Translations under genes and position numbers: made by a program
Source of the DNA: Malacoraja senta
Taxonomy: Eukaryota
Direction: 5' to 3'
Assembly: GCA_038087875.1 (NCBI GenBank)
Contig: CM075994.1
Location: 11,720,001 to 11,784,000 of the forward strand
Length of the DNA: 64,000 nt
Notes under the pieces: model-generated
Databases searched by the model: none
What the model was told of the DNA's origin: nothing
The model's input: only the letters and a program-made list of their open reading frames with translations
In this document: positions 53,984 to 64,000 of the stretch, one piece after another
Position numbering within the stretch: position 1 is the stretch's first letter
How the letters are laid out: each line of letters starts with the position of its first letter

Positions 53984-54979
53984 ATGAAAAGTACATCTCC
54001 AGGTCAGAGCCCACAGAGGAAAATCTCAAAACATCTGCTGAAGACTCTGGAACAGCAAGAAACTTCAGAACTGACCTCTGGAGAGGTCTCTGGAATGGCT
54101 ACTCGATCTGCAAAAGAGAAAGCCGAAATGGAGGACTTAAGAAACTCGGTAAGAGATATCAAAAATGATATGGAAGCTGGGAACAGTAAATTGATGGCCG
54201 GTAATGATAAAATACTTGAGGGTATTGAGGCTCTCCAAAAAAGAATTGAAGGTGTGGAAAAAGGATTATCGATAAAAATTGAAAAGGTGGCAGAAGAGAC
54301 CACAAAGATGTTTGAGGCTGTGCACGAAACTGTGGCTGCAAATGCATCTGCAGTGAATGATTTGGAAGCTGCTGTGGAAGTGATGGCTGGAGAGATGCAG
54401 ACTATGAAGTCAGAAATAGATAGTCTCAAGAACCAAGTCACAAAGGTTTCGAATAAATGTGTTGACCTAGAAGCTCGCTCAAGACGCCAAAATATAAGAA
54501 TACGTGGTGTAAAAGAGGGAGCTGAGGGGGACAATGTTTGTGAGTTCGCTGCCAACCTAATTAAACACGTACTGAAGCTACCAGAAGTACCTGTAATTGA
54601 AGTAGCACATCGACTCCCCAGATTTAAATCAAGATCTCAAGGAGAACATGCCTACCCACGACAGATCATAATTAAACTTCGGGATATCTCAACAATGGAA
54701 GCGCTGATGAAAAAAATCAACCACGGAGAGAAGATGATGTACAGAGGTGATACTATTAAACTCCTACGGGACTACCCTTATGAGATTGAGCAAAAGAGAA
54801 GAAAGTTCTCACAGACCAGAGAAGTTCTTTATGGTGTTAAGGGAGTTTTGTGTGGAGTGTTCTATCCGGCTAGAATGCGTATTACCTTTGAGGGAGTGTC
54901 AAAAACATTCACTAATTCGGATGAATCTCTCAAATACGCTCAAGAAATCGCGACTAAGGCTGCATCAACTGGAGATTGA
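53984..54979 (+). CDS. L1 ORF1p (coiled coil, RRM and CTD)
   Basis: Heptad-rich N-half; DLEARSRRQNIRIRGVKE, AHR, PRQIIIK and YPARMRI motifs. Confidence 0.95.
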   Translation: MKSTSPGQSPQRKISKHLLKTLEQQETSELTSGEVSGMATRSAKEKAEMEDLRNSVRDIKNDMEAGNSKLMAGNDKILEGIEALQKRIEGVEKGLSIKIEKVAEETTKMFEAVHETVAANASAVNDLEAAVEVMAGEMQTMKSEIDSLKNQVTKVSNKCVDLEARSRRQNIRIRGVKEGAEGDNVCEFAANLIKHVLKLPEVPVIEVAHRLPRFKSRSQGEHAYPRQIIIKLRDISTMEALMKKINHGEKMMYRGDTIKLLRDYPYEIEQKRRKFSQTREVLYGVKGVLCGVFYPARMRITFEGVSKTFTNSDESLKYAQEIATKAASTGD

Positions 54980-55263
54980 AAACCAAGACGACATGAACAA
55001 ACGAACTTGCTTATTCTTCCAACAAGAGTATCACAAGGAAAGTGAATTAACTGAACACTGATTTTTTATTTTTTATTTGACTTCAAGCAACAGATTCTCA
55101 GTGAGACGTGGCTAGACATTATTATCTTCGCTGGAACATTGTGCTATGTAATTCAAGGACACTACGTGCTCAAACGAGGAAAACCTGATAACACGGGACG
55201 AACTGCTGGGCTGAGAGTGAAAAACATCACATGGCTTATATTGTTTATAAAAAACTGAAAAAA

Positions 55264-55800
55264 CTGAGAACTAATAATAATTAACAATTAACAATACTAA
55301 TATAGAAATAGCAATTGAAATAGATAAAAAATGTGCAGCCTGCTCTGTTTAGCAGATAACAGCAAGTGCTATGCAGCTCGAGAGTGGAGGGAGGGGGAGA
55401 CCGGGTACCTGGCATAACTCCAGGAGCCAGACTCCCGTTAACCCTTCCAGCGAACAGCTCATTTTTAACAATATTAAAACCAATTTAAAATAGTTAAGAG
55501 ATAATATACACTCGAGGTTGGTATGAAAAATATATACGGCTTATATAGTTTTACAAAATGCTGAGAATTAATCATAATTAATAATTAACAATACTAATAT
55601 AGAAATAATATTTGAAACTGATAAAACTGTGGTGCCTGCGTCATAACGCAGACAGCAGTTATCACCTATGTTCGCAGCTCGTGGAGAGGAGAGGAGATCA
55701 GGCACCTGGCACAATTCCAGGAACCTGACTCCGGTTAATCCACTCAGTAAACCGCTCACTTTAACAATACTAAATTCATTTTAAAATAGTTAAGAGATAA
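55264..55800 (+). repeat. Diverged tandem duplication (period ~297 bp) in the L1 inter-ORF region
   Basis: 55264-55504 aligns with 55561-55800 (ctgagaa...attaacaatactaatatagaaata...cctggca...ccagga...aaaatagttaagagataa). Confidence 0.85.
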
Positions 55801-56197
55801 AGAGTGAGTAGGATATGGAATCGAATACATTTGACATATATATAAATTGTAACTGGGTGAAATAGAACTGAATTGGAAACGGTAATGACCCCATAGATTT
55901 TGGGTAATAAATACAGCGGGGCTAACTTTATACCAACTACGCCAGAAGCGTTATGGATGTCGTACCCCACAGACGAGTGGGCCACTCACTACGGTGTTGA
56001 AATTTTAGACACCGTAAATTTATTTGATTTATATATATATTTTTTAATCACAATATGTCACATCTGTATGTTTTTTCTTCAAGGACAATCGCGCAGGAGA
56101 ACTACCAAGGAAGTCTATAATAGAAATACTCCCAAAATAACCAGAGTCCGGAGGTATGAACGCACCACAATAATTAAGGTCATTAAAACTGGTAAAA

Positions 56198-59100
56198 ATG
56201 CATGACGACAATCAAAAGAAAATAGGAGGAATCACATTATGTAGTTGGAATATAAGGGGGATTAATGAACCTATTAAAAGGGGCAAGATACTAGCTCAGT
56301 TGAAATCATACAACACGGACATTGCGTTTCTACAGGAAACACATCTTAAACAGCAAGATCAGACAAGACTGAGGGCGAACTGGATAGGCCAAACATTTCA
56401 CTCTTCATTTACCTCCAAATCTAGAGGTACTGCAATTATTATTCATAAAGGAATTCCATTTAAATCAAAGAACACTATTTTAGATAAGGAAGGGAGATAT
56501 CTTATAGTAGCAGGGGAGATCAATAATATGCCAATTACGCTGGTAAACATATATGCGCCCAACTTTGATAACCCTCAATTTTTTAATAAAATTCTGAATA
56601 TAATTGCAGAATCTAATTATCAAAATGTTATAATCGGAGGAGATTTTAATTGTGTTTTAGATCCTTATTTAGATAAATCGATGCAAAAACAAAAAGGTCA
56701 GACGAAATCTAAAACCAGTGAACTCTTACACACATATATGGAAAACACAAATATAACAGATGTATGGAGGATTGCAAACCCGACGGGAAGGAATTACTCG
56801 TTTTATTCAATGGTGCATAAAACATATTCACGGATAGACTATTTTCTTGTGGATACAAAATTAATTTCGCAATCTCTAAATCCTAAATATCATATTAATG
56901 CGATCTCAGATCATTCTCCGTTAACTTTTGTTCTAAAACTAGAAGGAATGTCTATGAATAAACCGTTCTGGAGGTTTAACTCACAAATTTTAAAAGACCC
57001 TCAAGGGAGTATCTATCTAAAAAAACAGATGGATCTATTTTTTGAGTTAAATGATACACCAGAGATATCCCCCACGTTATTATGGGAATCCTTCAAAGCA
57101 TTTATAAGAGGAGTCATTATTTCATTTCAAGCTTATCAAAATAAAAAGAATAAGAATGAACAAAGACACTTAGAAGATCAAATAAAACAGTTAGATATAG
57201 ATAATGCTAAAGACCCAACTATGGATAAACATAATAAAATACTACTACTGAAATTTCAGTTAAATAAATTACTGTCAGAGAAAGTTATAACATTATTTCA
57301 AATCACAAAACAAGAACACTTCGAATTCGGGGACAAACCCCACAAACTTCTAGCACGACAACTTAAAAAACGGGAAAAAGAGAATGCAATATTAAAGATT
57401 AAATCAGATAGAGGGGAAGTATTAACACGACCCAAGGATATTAATAAAAGATTTGCTCAATTTTACCAGAATCTATACACATCTAAAACGTCAATAGACA
57501 ATAATAAAATCTCAGAATTTTTAGAGAATTGTAATCTACCACAATTAGAACGCAGGGAACAAGAGGAACTGGGAGCACAAATTACTTCTAAGGAGATAGA
57601 AGACACAATAAAAACACTAAAAAATGGAAAAACACCAGGACCAGACGGATTCAGTAATGAATTTTATAAATCTTTTTATGATATAGTTACTCCACGATTA
57701 CAAAAAATGTATACATATGCTTATAAAGAGCAAAACCTACCTGAAACACTAGCGGAATCAACGATCATATTAATACTTAAAAAAGATAAAAATATAGAAG
57801 AACCAGGATCATATAGAGCTATTGCTTTGTTAAATACGGATCAGAAAATAATAGCAAAAACATTAGCCAATAGATTAAGCAAGTATGTTAGTAGACTAAT
57901 ACATGAGGATCAAACAGGATTTATACCTAAGAGACACTCATTTAATAATTTGAGACGTTTGCTTAACATAATGCATTCACATAAATCTTATGACCAAGAG
58001 TTAGCTATCATCTCACTGGACGCAGAAAAAGCGTTTGATCAAGTAGAATGGGACTATATGATCAAAGTATTGCAAAAATTCCAATTGGGAGAAAACTTTA
58101 TTGCATGGATAAAACTACTATATAACAAACCTACGGCTAGAATACTAACTAATAATATATTATCTTCAAAATTCGAATTATCTAGGGGCAACAGACAAGG
58201 ATGTTCACTATCACCGCTGTTATTTGCTTTGGTAATTGAACCCCTTGCTGAAAAAATAAGAACACACTCGAATATTCACGGTTATAACACAAAATATTCA
58301 AACAACAAACTATCCCTATATGCTGATGATGTACTACTGTACATCACAAAACCACAAATTAGTATACCAAATATATTAAACTTAATTGAGGACTTTGGAT
58401 CCTTTTCAGGATATAGAATAAATTGGAACAAAAGTGAAATTATGTCGATTAAACCAAAAGACTCAACACATCTCAGGAAATTCCCTTTTAAAATAGCTAT
58501 GGAAAAATTTAAATATTTAGGAATTGAGATTACTAGAAATTACCATGATATGTTTAAAGCTAATTATAATCCCCTACTTAAGAAATTAAATAATTTGATT
58601 AAATTTTGGAAAACACTTCCGATGTCCTTAATAGGTAGGATAAATGCTATAAAAATGATTTTCTTACCACAAATCCTTTACCTATTTCAATCAATACCTA
58701 TATATCTCCCAAAAAAGTTTTTCAAAAAACTGGACTCAGACATTACAAATTTTATATGGGATTACAAATCCCACAGAATACAAAGAACACACCTTAACAA
58801 ACGAAAAGAGTTGGGGGGTCTAGCGCTCCCTAACTTTATGTATTATAACTGGGCAGTAAATATTAAAAATATGATTCACCTGCTGGACAATTCTGCCCAG
58901 CAGGTGGACTGGATTATAATGGAAAAAGGGGATTGCTCCCCGAATAATATAGGAGCGATTATTCTCTCTCCAATAAATTTGAATAATAAAAATTATAATA
59001 AAAATCCAATTATATATAGCACTATTAGAACATGGAAGCAAATAAAACAGAATCTAAAATTAAGAAACCTATCTCTCTTAATACCAATAGTCAATAACCC

Positions 59101-59989
59101 ATCGTTTAAACCTTCAATCATAGATAAATCATTTATACAATGGGAAAGAATGGGAATCAAAACGCTCGAAGATCTGTATGAATTAGAAAAATTACTATCA
59201 TTCCAACAACTACAACTGAAATATAATTTGAAAAATAATCAATATTTTAAATATCTACAAATCTGTGACTATTTGAAAACACACACAAAAGATTATTATA
59301 ATATGCCTTCCGACTTACTAGATGAAGCAATGAAGACAAAGGCGGAATCAGTTAATTTAATATCATACTTATATAATATCATCTTAAATATAGAAATACC
59401 CACAACAGATGGAATTAGAAGAGATTGGGAACAAGATCTAGGTATAAAAATTTCAAAAGAGAGTTGGGATAATCATTTATTACAGGTGCATAAATGCTCG
59501 ATCAACGTACGACATACGCTTATCCAATTTAAAACATTACATAGATTATATTATTCAAAAACCAAACTAAATAAAATCTTTCCTAACGTCTCACCAATCT
59601 GTGATAAATGTATATGTCAAGAAGCTACCATAGCACATTCTTTTGTTTTTTGTACAAAAATCCAAAAATTCTGGTTTGAAATATTTGATATTTTTTCAAA
59701 ATTAATCAAAATAAAACTGGTACCAAAACCAGAATGGATTATTTTTGGAATATCGGAAGGTATTCCTGAATTAAACGTGTATCAGAAGAATTTACTCAAT
59801 TATGGGCTAATAATGGGAAAAAAGCTTATACTTAAATTCTGGAAAAATGCGCCCACACCAACAATAAAAATGTGGACATCAAATATGTTGGAAACATTAC
59901 ATCTGGAAGAGATGAGATTCCTCCTAGTAGGCAAAGTAGACCAATTTCAAAAGACGTGGTCTACGTTTTTGGACCTATTACAAGCATGA
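56198..59989 (+). CDS. L1 ORF2p (APE endonuclease, reverse transcriptase, Zn knuckle), 1263 aa intact
   Basis: SWNIRG, FLQETH, GGDFN, YSRIDY, SDH; GPDG, DAEKAFD, RQGCSLSP, YADD; CDKC...H....C. Confidence 0.97.
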   Translation: MHDDNQKKIGGITLCSWNIRGINEPIKRGKILAQLKSYNTDIAFLQETHLKQQDQTRLRANWIGQTFHSSFTSKSRGTAIIIHKGIPFKSKNTILDKEGRYLIVAGEINNMPITLVNIYAPNFDNPQFFNKILNIIAESNYQNVIIGGDFNCVLDPYLDKSMQKQKGQTKSKTSELLHTYMENTNITDVWRIANPTGRNYSFYSMVHKTYSRIDYFLVDTKLISQSLNPKYHINAISDHSPLTFVLKLEGMSMNKPFWRFNSQILKDPQGSIYLKKQMDLFFELNDTPEISPTLLWESFKAFIRGVIISFQAYQNKKNKNEQRHLEDQIKQLDIDNAKDPTMDKHNKILLLKFQLNKLLSEKVITLFQITKQEHFEFGDKPHKLLARQLKKREKENAILKIKSDRGEVLTRPKDINKRFAQFYQNLYTSKTSIDNNKISEFLENCNLPQLERREQEELGAQITSKEIEDTIKTLKNGKTPGPDGFSNEFYKSFYDIVTPRLQKMYTYAYKEQNLPETLAESTIILILKKDKNIEEPGSYRAIALLNTDQKIIAKTLANRLSKYVSRLIHEDQTGFIPKRHSFNNLRRLLNIMHSHKSYDQELAIISLDAEKAFDQVEWDYMIKVLQKFQLGENFIAWIKLLYNKPTARILTNNILSSKFELSRGNRQGCSLSPLLFALVIEPLAEKIRTHSNIHGYNTKYSNNKLSLYADDVLLYITKPQISIPNILNLIEDFGSFSGYRINWNKSEIMSIKPKDSTHLRKFPFKIAMEKFKYLGIEITRNYHDMFKANYNPLLKKLNNLIKFWKTLPMSLIGRINAIKMIFLPQILYLFQSIPIYLPKKFFKKLDSDITNFIWDYKSHRIQRTHLNKRKELGGLALPNFMYYNWAVNIKNMIHLLDNSAQQVDWIIMEKGDCSPNNIGAIILSPINLNNKNYNKNPIIYSTIRTWKQIKQNLKLRNLSLLIPIVNNPSFKPSIIDKSFIQWERMGIKTLEDLYELEKLLSFQQLQLKYNLKNNQYFKYLQICDYLKTHTKDYYNMPSDLLDEAMKTKAESVNLISYLYNIILNIEIPTTDGIRRDWEQDLGIKISKESWDNHLLQVHKCSINVRHTLIQFKTLHRLYYSKTKLNKIFPNVSPICDKCICQEATIAHSFVFCTKIQKFWFEIFDIFSKLIKIKLVPKPEWIIFGISEGIPELNVYQKNLLNYGLIMGKKLILKFWKNAPTPTIKMWTSNMLETLHLEEMRFLLVGKVDQFQKTWSTFLDLLQA

Positions 59990-60377
59990 GGTGCAATAGT
60001 AATTTAGAAAAACAAATAAATAAATAAAAGGTATCTGGACCTGGTAATGGGAGGTAAAATAAAAACAGACTTGGTTGGTAGTTCCTTCTCTATGAAGTAT
60101 GTTATAAGAGTTATAATAGAGCGATTGTTCCTTCTTTCTTTCTCTTTCTTTTCTAGGGTCTATTTTCTAACTTTACTTCCTTCTCTAACTTCTTTTCTAA
60201 GGGGCTTTCTTTTCCCAACACTCTTTTGCACTTCACAACCTTTGCGCACTTTCTTCACTTTTCTTACTTCTTTCTTTTTCTTTCTTAAAGTTTAAAAAAG
60301 TGAAGCGGTACAAAAAATGTATTAATATATACGTGTTGTACATTACTGTAATCTACCGTACTTCTATTAAAAAAATT

Positions 60378-60418
<41 letters not shown>

Positions 60419-60430
60419 AGAGTCTTACAG

Positions 60431-61394
60431 CCAAGGAGCTGTGCTGGAAATGGCTGCAAAAGGAGAAAAGAAGGAGAAGGAGGTAAAGCAAATGCTTTTC
60501 GATATGACTGCTGCAATTAATACAACACTGGAAAAGATGCAGAGTATGGAGATTAAGATGCAGAGTATGGAGACTAATATGGAGATATTCTCTCATAAAA
60601 TTGACGGTGCTTGTGCTGAGTTAAAGGAGCTGAAGAAGCAACATAATGAGTTTGATAAAAAACTTAAATCAGAATTTGTTAGAATCGAAAATGGTTATAA
60701 GAAATTTACTGGTGTAAATGCTAAGATGGGCGACATTGATGAGAGAATGGAAGAGATGGAAAATGATATGAAAGAGATGATTACGGAAATAAATAGTTTG
60801 AAAAAATCAAAGAAAGCTGAAGAAGAAAAACTTGCAAGGATGACTGACAAATGTTTGGACATGGAAGCGAGATTGAGAAGGCAGAATTTGAGAATTGTTG
60901 GAGTAAGAGAAGGGCGAGAAGGACATGTATCTCAGACACGTACTTTCGTTGCTGACTTACTCAAAGATGTTTTTAAACTGCCGGAAGAATTAAGAATAGA
61001 TATTGTTCACCGAGTTGGACGTGTCTCAAGAGGCATAAATGCTGCTCCAAGACAGATAATTGTGAAATTTCTCGATATTTCTTCAGCGGGATTTATACTG
61101 AATAAGATTGTTCATGGGGAGAATTTGACATATTGTGGGGATAACATTCGATTTTTCCGTGATTATCCTCCGGAGGTCGTCCAGAGAAGGAACTTGTTTA
61201 CACAGACAAGAAACATACTGAGAGGAATATCCAAGGTCAGATATGGGGTGGTCTTCCCAGCAAAAATGAAAATTACTTATAACGGAACTGAGCGCTCATT
61301 TATGGATCCCGAAAAAGCATTTAAGTATGCAGAAGATATCGTGAGAAAAGCATCGAAAACATCGGAAGAAGATGTCGAAGAGGAGGAACATTGA
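60431..61394 (+). pseudogene. Outer L1 ORF1, C-terminal part (insertion-disrupted)
   Basis: DMEARLRRQNLRIVGVRE and FPAKMKI motifs; the N-terminal part lies at 53679-53791. Confidence 0.9.
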
Positions 61395-62566
61395 ATTTTT
61401 AAACTTTTAAGATAAAGTTGGAACTGGTTAAGATGGTGGATTTTTCCAGACAGTTACCTAGCCTATCTGTCTGCAATGTGTATTTGAGAACATTGTCCAT
61501 GTTTCACGTTGAATGAAAAGCTCAAAGATAAACAAAAGGATGTTGAAGATACTGTATAAGGGACATGGGTGAGATAATATTAATACTAACTGTTGATTTA
61601 AGAAAATATCTAACTATTATATTCTTATTATAATTAACTAAACTAATTTAACAAATTTAATAATACTAATGATTTGTGAGTGTATGTAGTAAATATGAAC
61701 AAATCATGAATAAACCATTGCTTATAAATAGTAATTAACCAAAATGTCTATAATATTACTAACGTATTTTTCTTGTGTGGGAACGCAACATAAACTTGGA
61801 AAAGATCCAGGAATGAGGTTAACCCCTCGGTACCTGCTCGTATGGTAGTTGGTTAGATAAATTGGAAAGGTATAAATACTTATAGAACTGAGAATATGTT
61901 GTGTTTTATATTTGGTTTTTCTTTTTTCTTTTTTTCTTTTTTTATATTTTTTCTCTGAGTCTTTTTGCTTTTTACTAGTGCTAGTTTGATAAATTTAAAT
62001 AAGAATAAACAAGATATGAGATGGTCTGTAGTTTTTTATGAGGTGTTAATAAGGGATTGGAGTTCAATGTAAAACAACACCATGGAAGTCCATAAATTGT
62101 TCGCCACCTTAGGTGGCTATTTGTCTTTAAGGTATCTTTTCTTAGATACCTTAACTTCACTTTTTTTTAAAAATCACTATATAAATTTGTATTTGCTTAG
62201 TTTTTGTGTAATCAACTTTAAATCACAATTTTTCTTTCTTTATCTAAGGTACTTTTGGAGAAGGAGATGTAATATAAACTTAAAAACTTGGAATGACCAC
62301 CCAACACCCAGAATTCTGAGGTATTTGTTTGCACCATATGATTCAAGAATACTACTTTGATATACAATGCAAGACGATAGACAAATAAAGAATGGAGGAA
62401 TCACATTCTTTAGTTGGAATATAAGGGGTGCCAATGAACCAATAAAGAGGGGTAAAATTTTTGCTCACCTAAAATCTTTGAAAAGCGACATAATTTACTT
62501 GCAAGAAACCCACATGAAACAGCAAACACAAATGAGATTAAAGGCGAAGTGGATAGGTCAAACATA

Positions 62567-64000
62567 TTTTACTTCGGAGTCACGCGAGTGACTACGTGAA
62601 GAACCCCGCCAGTGCGCCTGCGCGTCATTACGTCAGACGCCTTGACGCAAACGGACGTGAGGAGCAGAGCACCTCTAGTGGATTTGTAGGTTTTTTAACT
62701 ACAAGGTAAGTAGAAAAGTTTTTGTTTTCCAGGTCCGTTTACTGTGGATCTGTGGGGATTTTTTCCACAGACCAACCGCCTCTAACCCTGGTACAGTCGC
62801 CAGCGGTGAGCATAGCGACTGTGGACCTGGGGCTGATTAAAACACAGTCAGCGCTTGTCGGGCGAAAGGTGAAGTTTAAATCCCGACGGCCCACGGAGGA
62901 GGAGTCCCAGGCAATGGAAGTAGCTCCAGGGCTAGATACTGCTTTTGAGCATATTGCCCAAATGGAAAGCCTTTTACATAGGCTGTTGGAGCAAAGTTCA
63001 CTCAGGGATGAGTGTACTGAAATCCAAGCTGCTGGAAGCAGCTCAACAGCTCCTGGTACAGGGCTGATGGAATGCACCCTCAGGGATGAGGAGCGTGCTA
63101 TGGGTCATAAGAGTTCTGACCCCGACTCTGACGGTGAGACTATACAAGGTGAAGAGCGGCAGCTGGCAGATATTCCACCACTGGCAGTACGATTCGCTGC
63201 CCCGTCAGGGTCAGGAGAGCCGTTAGGAGAAGAACTGGCCTCCTTAATAAATTACTTGGTTTCCCATCAGCTGGAACAGCAGGAGATGGATGAGACTGCA
63301 AGAAAGCATGAGACCCCAAGTAACTGTGTGTTGCTGAAAGCACCAGCAGCGAATCAAATCATCTGGAATCAGTTGAGTATGACTATGAGAACTCAAGAAT
63401 TAAAATTGCAGAGAATATTAAAGCTGCTGGGTTCTGGAATAACTGCTTTTGCCAGAATAGCGGATAAAAGCCAAGAGATGACGGAGTTGCATCAGGAAGC
63501 ACTGGGGTTGCTATGCAGCACCGACTTCGAGATCAATTGTCTAAGGAAAGGTGCTATACGGCCTACTATGAATCCGAAATTCGCAGCACTCTGCAAACCA
63601 AGTAATATACAATTACCCAACTTGCTCTTTGGAGAGGATCTCGGGAGACGTATTAAAGAGTTGGAAGATGAAGCGAAAACAGGATTGATGAAAACATCAA
63701 TGGTTGTAAAGTCTGTAAAGTTCTTTCAGACGTCATACGGATCCTGGACCAGGACCAAGTCGCTCATCAACGCAGGGACGTAGTTGGCGGCCTGCAGCGG
63801 GAGCAAGAACCGGTGGGGATGCTTCCGCGAGAACCCAGGGATCTCAGGGTACTCAAATGACTCAAGAGGTAGGTGAACCTGGTTCTCATGGGAATATACT
63901 AACCGGATTAAGTCCAAAAGTTGGAGGCAGATTACATCTCTTCTATAAAAATTGGAAGAAAATTACTTCAGATGTGGTAATTCTGAATAGTATACAAGGA
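62567..64000 (+). mobile_element. DIRS1-like tyrosine-recombinase retrotransposon, 5' part (runs off the window)
   Basis: Gag-like ORF 62722-63783 (PSNC..L..P..N..IW, LLFGEDL), followed by the RT N-terminus VGGRLHLFYKNWKKITSD..ILNSIQG at about 63920-64000. It begins at a ttt run that interrupts L1 ORF2. Confidence 0.8.

Larger units (their letters stand above)
53792..60415 (+). mobile_element. Full-length intact L1 retrotransposon (~6.6 kb)
   Basis: TSD agaagagtcttacag at 53777-53791 and 60416-60430; poly-A 60382-60415; CpG-rich 5' UTR; two open ORFs. Confidence 0.97.
53485..62570 (+). mobile_element. Outer L1 (5' UTR, split ORF1, spacer, ORF2 start)
   Basis: 5' end tttccggtagcgccatgg. ORF1 ATG at 53679 joins 60431-61394 in frame once the inner L1 and one TSD are removed. 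ORF2 starts at 62367 (SWNIRGANEPIKRGK) and is cut at about 62570. Confidence 0.88.

Noticed and set aside
54004..54555. 183-aa antisense ORF over L1 ORF1
   Set aside because: Shadow ORF of a biased coiled-coil coding sequence; no independent support.

Overview
Repeat-dense eukaryotic (vertebrate) DNA. The repeat types (HE1-like tRNA SINEs, CR1, Penelope, L1/Tx1, Rex1) and a GPR139-like receptor suggest a cartilaginous fish such as a skate or ray; this is inference. The only supported host gene is an intact two-exon class A GPCR (GPR139/142-like) on the minus strand (exon 1 5931-6000, exon 2 2636-3546, 326 aa). The rest is transposable elements. From 1-27 kb: CR1 3' ends, SINEs and Penelope terminal-repeat pieces carrying about 15 copies of a minimal hammerhead-ribozyme motif (CTGAAGA-A-GGGTCTCGACCC-GAAAC-GTC). 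From 27-35 kb: Tx1, Penelope, an intron-containing hAT transposase remnant, Rex1-like and R2-like fragments. From 35-64 kb: two nested insertion stacks that can be reconstructed from TSDs. In the first, a Penelope element holds a CR1 and a non-autonomous LTR element (tRNA-Trp PBS); that LTR holds an L1, which holds a GC-rich retroposon and a Rex1 3' end. In the second, an L2 holds an outer L1, which holds a fully intact young L1 (15-bp TSD, poly-A) and a DIRS element. The intact L1 has a duplicated, apparently structured element between its two ORFs.
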